Below are positions 25,555-35,948 of a DNA stretch of 58,748 nt, piece after piece; within the stretch, counting starts at the first letter, position 1, and every line of letters starts with the position of its first letter. The position numbers and the translations under genes are program-made. Under the pieces are notes generated by a model. It saw only the letters and a list, made by a program, of their open reading frames with translations. It ran no database searches and had not been told where the DNA came from. Source of the DNA: Catajapyx aquilonaris (Eukaryota); the NCBI GenBank assembly GCA_000934665.2, contig KZ538616.1:1-58748 (forward strand). The letters run 5' to 3'.

Positions 25555-28500
25555 TCTTGCAATCCCGTTTAATCCATGTCCGGCAGTACATCGTTTTTTT
25601 CTTCCATCCCCCCCNNNNNNNNNNNNNNNCCCCCCCCCCCCCCCCCAAAAAAAAAGCACTTGATGTGGCCTCCTGTTCCTCCCCCCTTATTCCCTCCCAT
25701 CCCTCGCCATCCCCCTCCTCTTTCTCTCTCCGGCGCGCATCTCCAAATGAGCCCGATTGGCGGCAGCGCGCCCGTGTCTCGTAACTTAGCCGCCGCTTCC
25801 TTGCGCCCGCGACAGCAATAGCGCGCCCCGTTCGCACGAATGAGTCTCCTGGGCCGCGATTTATGGAAACGACGCTTTAAAATAGTTCTTTTTAATTGCT
25901 TGACTGAGAATTACTCCCTATAGGAGGAGGGGGATGCAATTCAAATAAAAATATCGGGGCCGCCTCCCCGCCTGCCTCTTTTCTTTTTTCCTTTACTTCT
26001 CTCCGAGGCGGGGAATAAGGGGGAAGGCGGGGATGTGGGAGGGATGGAAAAAAGGGGGAAGAAAAAAATATACAGAGGAGAAAAGAAAAAAAAAAAGGAA
26101 GTCTGCTCCTAGGTTTGCTATACGGGAGTCGTTTGGGGGCAGGGCTGTGCATTGCAGCCTAAGTTGAAAGTTTGTCATGGTCGGCCCCGGACAAATACAT
26201 GCGAAGGAGAGAATGGGGGTCTTGGGGGTGGGAGGGGAGGGGAGGTGATGGGGGGCAAATTTTTTGGAACGAGGGTTGCAAATCTTGTGCGCCACCTCGC
26301 TATGAACCTGTGGGAAGGGAACGCTATACCACCAGTTCCGGATTAAAAAAGATATAGGGATGATGGGGCCAAGTTTTGTGCCATGACTAGTGCTCATGCT
26401 CACAATACCCACAGCAGAGCGCTTTTGGCCCGAGTTTCACTATATGTAAGCTTAGTGATGGGGTCAAATTCATATGAGGATAGTCACAAGTCCCATATAT
26501 AAATTCGCATAATTATGCAGGAACACCTAGATTCGTATAAGCTTTTTCTATATGCACTCTGCTGAAATTGTAGCCGCCTTGCCCAATTTCACGTGACTCC
26601 GGAACGAAACCCACTTTCCTCTGAAGTAACACGTTATCATCCATGTTTCCTAATGGGTCCAGGTGATCTCAAGAAATATCCCATGTGCCTGTATGTTATT
26701 TTTTTCCCCCTTTTCCCTCCTTTTCTTATTCCTTCTCCCACGACTCGCATCTTCTCTTCACGCTTCCGGAAGGCGGTAGATCATTAGTCTACCATAACGT
26801 GAGCGTAGGAGCGTAAAAGTGCCAAACTGGAATGGGGATGAATGTCATTAAGAGCTCTCGGTGTGCCTGAGAGACCACGTTTACAGCCCTAGAACAAGCT
26901 GTTTAGCGCGGCTTAAAGACTGGTAGGCTTCCAGAAATGAGAAACAAAAAAATGGGCTTATGCGAAGGGGGCTTCCTTCATGATTGTGTGGAGACGTCTC
27001 CATTTCTTTGCCTGCACTTTTTTTTTTCCTTCTTCTTCTTCTTGAGGCTTCTTTCTCCCCACGTCTTTTTGGCGTGCGGATGCGGGAAGAAGACGGAGAG
27101 AAGGCTGAAAGGGCCTCGTAAACGGAGATGAGTCTTTCACATTATTATTACGTATGGGATTGTTGGGCTGGGGGGTTGCGAAGATGTGCTGGAGATTAGT
27201 CGCGCCCCGGATACGTTACGAGATTTTTGTTTCCAGCACGGCCGCCGTGTTATCAGGTGATGTGCACTATATAATAATTTCTGGGCCGCACTGCATTACA
27301 CTAAGTTTTGCTCTACACTGACTTTTATATCGTGAGGTTAATTCGGGGGCTAACTGCTACAGGAAGTAAGGCTTTGCTGGAGGAGTTTCGTCCGGGTGTC
27401 GATAAGACGCTCTCCAGATTATGTGTATGAAGCATATTACGTTTGTGATACACATTCTGAAGTATACTAAAATCAGTCTAAATAGGTTTCAATTTACATA
27501 TTTTTTTGTACTGCACCAAAAATAATATTGTTATTATTGCTCCTACTAAAGAGTGCAATATGTCTCCTAAAAGAGACATCCTATATGGGGTAAATTAAAT
27601 GAATGTATGAAATAAATTCTTTCTTCTTGGGAGATGTGGCCCTCCCGTACAGTGAATAATTGCGGAGGCCCGATTTCTCAACCGGGGCATGACAATAGCC
27701 GGACGGATTGTTGGATGGAGCAAGTTGTCCTGCCTGACTCGTGAAGGATAGCCGCCATTAATATTCGGTGAAATGCGCTCGTCACATGCCCACATTACGA
27801 CATCCATGGTGGATAGGGAGGGAGGGAGGGATGAGGGGGGCAGGAAGATGGAAAGTATTGGCAGCCTCGGATAGACTATGATGAAACGCGAAATATGAGT
27901 CCCATCAACATTTTGGATTGCGAATTGTGTGATTAAAATGGAATGGAAAGGTAGCCATAAAGGAGATATGAGATGTGAAACTAAAAACTAGTGACCCTTT
28001 TAAAACTCTATCAGTCAGTTGTTTGAAAGCAAATTAGGGATAATCTCTGATCATGGGCAAATATTCGCAAAATGAGAGATTTCCTCTTTAATTTGATTTC
28101 ACACAAACAGGAATGTAACATGAAATTACACCGCCTTTTCTCTCTTTTTCTCTTCCCTTTCCTCTCTTCATTTATCCATAATAACTTACTCTTGCTTCGG
28201 CTTTTTCCTCTTAGCCAAACAACTCCCAGAAAATGCCATAATTTTTCATCCATGTGCAACAATTACCGAAGTGGGGATTGGCAACACCCGTGTTTGGGGG
28301 TTGCTATGACTATTACTGATTCAGTCAGCCGCCAAATACTGTTAGAAGGTTGCTTTCGACATTTGATGGACGTATAAAGTATTTGGACCTGTCGAAGCAG
28401 CGTCGAAATTTTTAGTGTGTTGTTATACAACAAAATTCTTGGCCCCACTCTCACGATTACATCAACCTGACATCTACAGACAACTGCCGGCCAGCCAAAT

Positions 28501-28924
28501 TTTAAGCTGACCCCAAGAGAGGTAATTATTCCTAACCCGTTCCTACATGAGTCAAAATCTACATGTTTTACTTTAAGTCACTAAAAGCACATGACTCTCG
28601 TGTCAGGAATTATTATAAAGGATGTTTCACAAATTTGAGGGGCAGAAAAGAGTGTAGGTCTCAGCTTTCAGGTTTTACTCGTAGTATAGTGTATATCATA
28701 GCAACCTGTGTCAACATTGTATTTTTTAAAATGAGGACAGACTTTGTGAAATTATCCAAGGAATGGAGGAAACACACTTTTCATCAGGATAGAATATCAG
28801 TTTGCGTTACTTGGCCGAAATTTGTTATCTTAAGTAGCTACTTAGTTTTCCAAGCCACCAAGGGTGGTCCTGTAGTTCCCATCAACCCATACCATTGACA
28901 TCAATAGTACCCACGGTCGGTGTA

Positions 28925-29006
28925 TAGGTGGGTCCCTTTTACGACGTTTCATTTTACGACCCTGTCTTGCTGGAACCGTACCCCGTCGTTAAACGGGGCC
29001 TACCTG
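28925..29006. mobile_element. Short pogo/Tigger-like MITE, 82 bp
   Basis: TA|TAGGTGGGTCCCTTTTACGACG...CGTCGTTAAACGGGGCCTACCTG|TA. The right TIR reverse-complements to CAGGTAGGCCCCGTTTAACGACG. TA flanks on both sides. Confidence 0.72.
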
Positions 29007-29030
29007 TATATCCAACCGAAAGTAAACAAG

Positions 29031-29040
29031 CTATATAAAA
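29031..29040 (+). promoter_or_regulatory. Candidate TATA box upstream of the LDH-like ORF
   Basis: CTATATAAAA lies about 230 bp upstream of the ATG. There is no upstream ATG between about 29060 and 29265. The initiator match is weak. Confidence 0.25.
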
Positions 29041-29265
29041 TCCCCCTGAAAATGCATAGCTTTCGAGTTATTATTGTTGGAACTCCCATTTAAAAGTGTA
29101 TTCCCTCCGCCATTGGGTCTTAGTACTTACCTAAGCGAGAGTCATATCACTAGTACTGTAGCCTAAAGCATTATTACCCCCAACATATTGATTCCTCTAG
29201 AGAAGTCAGACAAAGCATCTTCCAGAAGTGAATCAGCTAGGGACCAATACTGCAAGTAAAAACAG

Positions 29266-30264
29266 ATGGCTCTAGCTAAGATGCTTTTGACTGAGGTGGA
29301 GAAGCCACTGATAACCAGCGGGTCAAAGGTGACCGTGGTCGGAGTTGGCCAGGTCGGAATGGCCTGCGCTTTCTCCATCTTGACTGATCCGAATATGGGA
29401 AGCGAGCTGGCCTTGGTGGACGTCAATGCAGAGAAGCTGAAAGGCGAGATGATGGACCTACAGAATGGCCTGAGCTTCCTTCGGAACCTGAAGGTGTCAG
29501 CCAGCACCGACTTCGCAGTTTCGGCCAACTCCAAGTTGGTGGTGATAACAGCAGGAGCTCGCCAGAAAGACGGGGAATCACGGCTGAACTTGATTCAGCG
29601 CAATGTGGACATCTTCAAAGGCATCGTCCCAACCCTTGTCAAGCACAGCCCCAACGCCGTCTTCTTGGTGGTCAGCACCCCAGTGGACATCCTCACCTAC
29701 GTGGCCTGGAAGCTAAGCGGACTGCCTCGAAACAAGGTCATCGGCACAGGGACCCACCTGGACAGCTCCAGGTTCCGGTTCCTCATGTCCGAGCGTTTGG
29801 GAGTGGCACCTGCCAGCGTCCAAGGATGGATCATAGGAGAGCAAGGAGACTCATGTGTGCCCGTGTGGTCCAGCGCCAATGTGGCTGGAGTTCGTCTGAG
29901 AGACCTTAACCCTGACCTGGGCACGTCCAGAGACAAGGAGAACTGGGGTGACATTCACAAGCAAATCATCCAGAGCGCCTACGACATCGTCAAGTTCAAA
30001 GGCTACACCTCCTGGGGCATCGGGGTGGCCGTGTGCAGCATCGTCAGGTCCATCATGCACAACGTCAGGAACATCGCCTGCCTTTCAGTCATGATGAAAG
30101 GCTACCACGGCGTCACTAGCGAGGTGTTCCTCTCCCTACCCTGCATCATAGGTGAGAACGGGGTCACCCATGTGATCAATCAGAACCTCACTGAAGAAGA
30201 GAGGAACTCCTTGCAGCTGTCTGCCTCGCAAATTACAGAGCTCCAAGGCCAGATCAAGTTGTAA
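29266..30264 (+). CDS. Ldh: L-lactate dehydrogenase-like protein, intronless paralogue (probable retrogene) with His193Gln and Asn138Thr active-site substitutions
   Basis: Uninterrupted 332-aa ORF, GC-rich at third codon positions relative to its flanks. Motifs: Rossmann KVTVVGVGQVG, LVDV (Asp52), GEMMDLQ, ITAGARQKDGESRLNLIQRN (Gln100, Arg106), LDSSRFRFLMSERLGVAP (Asp166, Arg169), KGYTSW (Thr248), VFLSLPC. The sequence is arthropod Ldh-like throughout. Canonical SNPVD is STPVD and canonical GEHGDS is GEQGDS. Confidence 0.97.
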   Translation: MALAKMLLTEVEKPLITSGSKVTVVGVGQVGMACAFSILTDPNMGSELALVDVNAEKLKGEMMDLQNGLSFLRNLKVSASTDFAVSANSKLVVITAGARQKDGESRLNLIQRNVDIFKGIVPTLVKHSPNAVFLVVSTPVDILTYVAWKLSGLPRNKVIGTGTHLDSSRFRFLMSERLGVAPASVQGWIIGEQGDSCVPVWSSANVAGVRLRDLNPDLGTSRDKENWGDIHKQIIQSAYDIVKFKGYTSWGIGVAVCSIVRSIMHNVRNIACLSVMMKGYHGVTSEVFLSLPCIIGENGVTHVINQNLTEEERNSLQLSASQITELQGQIKL

Positions 30265-30367
30265 GCAGCCAAATTCTGATAACCATCAGTCGCTGATGTA
30301 AATCAACTTCAAAAAATAATGTAACATTGGAGTTAAAAACTTTTCTTTACAGAGGTATACATCAGCA

Positions 30368-30373
30368 AATAAA
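30368..30373 (+). terminator. Candidate polyadenylation signal for the LDH-like gene
   Basis: AATAAA about 100 nt after the stop codon, followed ~25 nt later by a GU/U-rich tract (TGTGTGATTTTTTGGG). Confidence 0.5.
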
Positions 30374-31868
30374 TATATTGTAATAACCGCATACTGTGTG
30401 ATTTTTTGGGTACAACTACTGGCAATTCTTGGACTATTTTGTGTACCCTTAATTGTTAACATTGCTAAAATTAATAATTGTACCGAAGCACCCTTTAGGA
30501 ACATTAGAACTCGTTGGCCCATACTGTACGTTTAAATTACTTCCTCTTTTTACACACTGCACTAGAGTAGTAGTAGAATGCAGTGCAGAAGAGTCGGGGG
30601 CTTTTACACGATAAGCGCGATGAAGGATGAGAGCGCGCGCTTCAAAATCAAGTGCGAACTAGTCTGGGAGTAGCTGCAAAAAGGCCGCTGTCATTCCCGG
30701 ACATGGACAAATGGGGCCAGAGCCTGGATGAAAGGTGGGAAAGAAAAGCATCTCATTCACACTGCATTTGTCTCCTTCTCGTTGTACTCTTCCGGGAAGG
30801 ATTCCGGAAGCAGACTAGGGGAAGAACTCCCCTATTCATGTTAACAACTTGGAAGACAGATCCCAGCTTAAACGTCTCTTCATCCTGGACATCAGATAAC
30901 AAGCACTCCTTAGATAAGCTGCAGGTTGCCTTTATTTCAGGCGTAGTTATTCGATGAAACTTCCTATTTCCTTTGGGTGTCATCATTATTGGCACAAAAA
31001 AAAACCTGTTTTACCCCGGCGGAATTTTGCATGTGATACAGATCCTTACGGAAGGGTGGAGTTGTTCGTTCCGCATCTTCATAATAGGAGAATCGGGGAG
31101 TCCCCCTTTTTCTCTTGCCAGATATGCCCCATCGGGAGGGCGCAGCAATTTGAGCGGAGGTGCCTGCGTGATGCAGGCCTGATGGCCGCCCCCGACCGCA
31201 ATCTAAATGAAGATCGGAGTGGCCGGCCGGTTGGGTGTTGGTGCGCTGGGTAGGGGGAGTAGGGAGGTAGGGGGTGGAGGGGGGGGGGAGTCCCGAAAGT
31301 TGATTATATCCCGTTATGGTCTCATTAGGCCGAGCGCGTCTTGGCCCGGGCCCGCCAGCCGATGGGCCCTTTAATACAGCTGTTAGCAAAGGCCCCGGGT
31401 CCTGGATGGACGTGACCGGAGGTCGGCCACCCCCGGCCATACCCAACCCATCCCCTCCTACCAAACACATGGCGCGCGACGCACCAGCCCTGCTTTATGG
31501 TAGTTGCGGAGGGTGTCTGCGCCCGGAAAACCCTGGAGCTGGACCTACTGTAACTAACTCTTGTGCGACTCTGGCCACAAAATTTGGGGAGTGTCCGGCG
31601 CCTTCTGGCCTTACCCGATGGACATATGAAAAAGTTTATACATTATGAAGTGCGGTGCAGTCACTCTATGGTTGACCTCCCTAGCCACGTCTAAATTCAT
31701 GTCACCCACCAAATTTCTTCAGCGTATCAGTGTACATCTTGCAGATTCCCCCATCCCCCAACCTATCTAGACGCCTCTTGCCTTGCACAAAGCCGCTTCC
31801 CTTTTACAACCTTCCAATTACTAGCCATAACTTATAATTATCAAAGGAAGAGAGGTGGAGGGAGGGTG

Positions 31869-31882
31869 GGGTAGATGGCGCT
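31869..31882 (+). promoter_or_regulatory. CTCF-like motif
   Basis: GGGTAGATGGCGCT, the same core as the site at 25541. Confidence 0.35.
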
Positions 31883-34800
31883 TTTCGGAAGGTGAGTCGG
31901 AACTTGTAAACCTTACCCTCCCCATCCTCCTCTACTCCTTTGGCCCCCGCCAGCCGATATCCACTCCCCTGAAAGTGGTAAATATCGGCGGATGACACCC
32001 AGTGCAGTGCCCTTCATCAGCCGGAGCAAGATAGCGCGCTTGCTAATGTTGGAGAGGGGGAGATGGGGAGAGGAGGAGGAGGTGGAAAAGGGGGGTTTTG
32101 GCTAGAGGCGGCTCGTACAGCCAGTTTTAAGGAGAGGAATGCTGGCGGTTTAATTATCCGCGATGGCCACGCTTCGACGGGAAATATGTGATTGCGGCCT
32201 GTGATATGTGACACACGCTTCACTTTTGTTTCTAAGAGGGGGAATACCCCAACCCCAACTCAAGTAGCCCTCAGGCGGTTTTGGCGAGGATTTGCAAATA
32301 AGAACTTGGCCCAGATTTCGAGACAGAAAAACTAGGGAGGTTGTTTATGACAACAGTTATGGCGAAATTAGGATTATCAGAGCGTATTGGAAGTCGTAAT
32401 CCAGAGATGGATTGTTACCAAAACTAGTTATCTGAGACCTGGAGGAGAAGGGGTCTACCGGCAGGTCTATATGACCTATGGAGTATACTGTATATAGTAT
32501 AAAGGACAAACAAAAGTGGTCAGCTTTTTTTGTCTTTTTTGACGATGTCTTACTACAGAGCCCAGTTCAAGCCAGTATTTGGAGATGGCAGAGTTTCCTC
32601 TTCCTGGAATCCGTTTTTTAGGACTTTTATCCGTGTCTCTCTAGCCTTTGTTTCGCAGTACAAGGTAGTAGACGGACGGCATGGCAAGTCGGTTTATCCT
32701 TGTCATTTCATTTGAAACGACGGCCTTGTCAGTCCTCCCCCTCTCCACACAAAGCGTGGAATAAAAAAAGGTCCATTCCGTCCTTACTCGTACAACCGCT
32801 TGTTTATTTGTCACGGCCTGGTTCGAATCTACACCAAGTCTGCAGTTTTTTATCGGGTCTTTTTTTCCACAGATTTACGCAGCCTTTGAACCGCGTTGCG
32901 TGTCACATATTATTTTGCAAATGCACAATTGTCTACCGCAAAAAATGGGCTGACTTAAATGCGTTATGCTGGGTGGTTTTGTTATGAAATTTCCGGAGAA
33001 TTGGCGTTGTAGGTATTTTTATGGTGTATACACACTATAGTGAGTAGCCTCCCCAGGTACAGAGGAGCAAAACGTTTTAGGAATGTTGCGAGATATAGAG
33101 GTAAAAATTATGGAAAAGCTAAAATTTTGGTGTTTTATGGTAGTTTATTATTGGCATTTGGGGCTAGAAGACGCTCACAAAATATTTCATGAATATTATG
33201 TTATTAAATATCCACGAACTATTTGATGGCTCTGGAATAATTGTGACTACTTCATGAAATTTTCAACATCACAGATATCTTGACTACTGGTATCAATTTA
33301 GTGCGAAAACGTGGGGGTAAAGCAGTGTGAAGGCAGTGGTTGCGCTGGAAGAGAAATGAAATCGTCTCTGTCCTGAGTCACCGAGGCTTTGCAATCCGAG
33401 CAGATTGGCAAGAAGAGCGGGCTAAATAGCAGTAAATTGTCGGCTTGAAGCGGAGCCTCCCACGGACAATCTCCTTGCCTGTCCGTCAAGCATAAAAAGC
33501 AATCTTGGAGGAAACAGTCAGCGAGTAAAAGCGGGCAGCCTGGGATGATTAGTCATATCGTTGCTCATGTCTTTGGCCTTGTCATGTCGAGAAAGTGGAG
33601 CAAGACATCTGCCTCGCCTTCTGCTGTCCGAGTCGTCACCCAATTCAAGGGTTGCAGCAGACACAACAATAATTGTGGAAGAAAGATCAGAATTAATATT
33701 TTAAGCAAGAAATGAGGAGAGTGGTTGAGTGCCTGTATGAGTCTGAAAATAGGGAAATGCAGCAGAATTATTATTATACAAGAAATGACTGCTCAAGCTT
33801 GCAGTAAGTAGGAAGTCACCGGAAATCCTCATTTTAAATCAGTTTAAAATATTGTAATTTTAAAATGACCACTAGGAAGCTCAGATAATATTAATTTTCA
33901 GTAATGTTATGTACAGTCTGTAACACCCGATTTTCAGCTCTCCAATTGGTATTTAATAAATATATTATAGACTATTATTTTGCAAAATTGGTTAAGGCCC
34001 CTTCAAATGGAGCAAGGATTTAGGATGCATTAATTTCATTAATTTCGGTTTTTGTGAACAATTGGCTACTCTAAAGGCAGCAATTGCCAAGAAATTACAT
34101 CGATCCTGGAACACATCCCTTGTTGTGCTGAGTGTAAACTCGACAGTGTGACGTGAAAACCCTATACTAGAAGAGTACAGTGGCAATGACAGGATACAAA
34201 GAGGAAAATCACATAAGTGTAATAATACCAGAACAGTACTGCACGATACATAAGAGCACCAACCAGAAAGCAAGTGCAAAATGCAAATAATTTTTCTAAC
34301 TTTCGCACAAAAAGGCCATTTGTATATCGACTCAGTCTATCGCATCTGATCATGTAGCCTAACCCTAATGTAAATATAAAACCTAGATTTCATCACTGAT
34401 CTTACCTAATTAATATTATTACACATCCTGTCATAAGGCAAGCCGGAGGTGTCAACTTTTAAATTATCTCTATATGTACTATGTATACTATGGACCAGAA
34501 TAACAATGATGTCACGAAATTTTAGATTAGAAATAATTATCCATATTTTGTAACCCAATTAATAAATCACTAGAAGAACATACTTTAACGTGTTATTGCC
34601 AGTAACTTGATAAAATTGTCGCAATAAGTTAACTAATGCACTATTACTCCAACATTACGACTTACCAGAAATAAATTCCAATACCAATCTCTAATGCCAA
34701 ACTCCCAGCAATTAACAAATTAAATGCAACCATTCCTGGCTGGACACTTAATGGGACAGAAAGGCTGTTTAAATTGAACGATTTGATATAGGACAGCAGC

Positions 34801-35852
34801 ACACTTTCTGATAACTTCTTCAAGACTAATACACGCCTATTACTGGATAATTGGGAGATTGGGATCAGAAATATGCTTCGGGGGGCTCTCTCGACTTTTC
34901 CGACGATAACTTTTCCTTCTGTGACCATTTTCAGCCCAGCAGATTGCCACCGATACAAGTCGCTGGGCATTCATTAACCTGATTGCCAGGCTAACTGGTA
35001 AAGAAAGGGATTATGCAGCCACATTTTTTGAAAAAAAAAAACTCTTCTTTCTCCTCCCTACCTTTTCCTCCCTCCTCCTCCTCCCTCCCCCTTTTCTCCT
35101 CAACTTCGGCACCAGCTTTTGTCCGCCATCCAGCGCATCCAATGGAAGCAAGATTTCATATTAGACGTACATTGTAGACCTAATGATGAAATACAATCAC
35201 TCGAGCGAGCGGAGAAGTTTTCATCCCGAAACTTTCCCATTTGCTCAAAATTTATTTAGACATGGGGAGTCCACGGTTGGAAATAAACCGGACCCTTGCC
35301 AAAATTCACCTTAAAAATTGAATTAGAGTCGTATAGCGAAAGGGCGTAATCCTATTCGGAAAGGCTGGGGCAATTTTGCCTCTACTTGGCATTAAATTAA
35401 GTGCGCGGTTTAATCCTGAAAGGTAATAACGCGATTTTTTGATTATCCAGTTGCGCTCTTCTTCGGTGTATAAGCCCGGAATTTTTTTTTTCTATCTCCA
35501 GCTCTCATTCCCTGGTAACCAGATGCATTTTTGTGGTTTTCGCGACACGCGCCATCTGCTGCAAGAGGTTAGAAGTACTAATAAACCGCATGTCATTCAT
35601 TAGTTTATTGTTGCGGAATATGTTACATATGCGTATACAGAGAACAGAAAAAAGAGACGCAGTAGTTTTAAAAGAATTCAAAAAGCAGTTGGTACAGTTT
35701 TTTACCCCCACTCCGATATAGTAACCAGAGTTTTGTGGTTATCATACGACATGTACCATTTGTTGCTAACTATACCGGCTAACCTTGTTGGTAAGTTAAT
35801 TGTTTTGAATTTTTTTTGCATCCAGTGCTTATAATATGGAGGCTTACATATG

Positions 35853-35948
35853 GGTTTTTGTGCCCCATTAGAGGGACCAGAGCCCTTTTAGGGGGGTGGA
35901 TTACGACCATTTCTTCTTACGAAATTTCTTCGCATTGTTTTTTTTGAA
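35853..35948 (-). mobile_element. 5'-truncated non-LTR retroposon 3' end sharing the SINE tail
   Basis: Flanked by an 11-bp direct repeat GCTTACATATG (35842-35852 and 35949-35959). The minus strand AAATGGTCGTAATCCACCCCCCTAAAAGGGCTCTGGTCCCTCTAATGGGGCACA resembles the SINE 3' end ATATGGTGGTATCCCACCCCCCTAAGAGGCCCCATGGCTCTAGCACGGGGTACA (about 38401-38454). Confidence 0.65.

Noticed and set aside
29163..30060. Antisense ORFs overlapping the LDH-like CDS
   Set aside because: Shadow ORFs produced by the codon bias of the real gene.
29266..30264. Bacterial horizontal transfer or contamination as the source of the intronless LDH
   Set aside because: The protein has the animal N-terminal arm and arthropod-type motifs (GQVGMACAFSIL, LDSSRFRFLMS.RLGVAP, KGYTSW), and the flanks are eukaryotic repeats.
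29266..30264. Malate dehydrogenase assignment
   Set aside because: The specificity residue is Gln100 (GARQ), not Arg, and the overall motifs are LDH-type.
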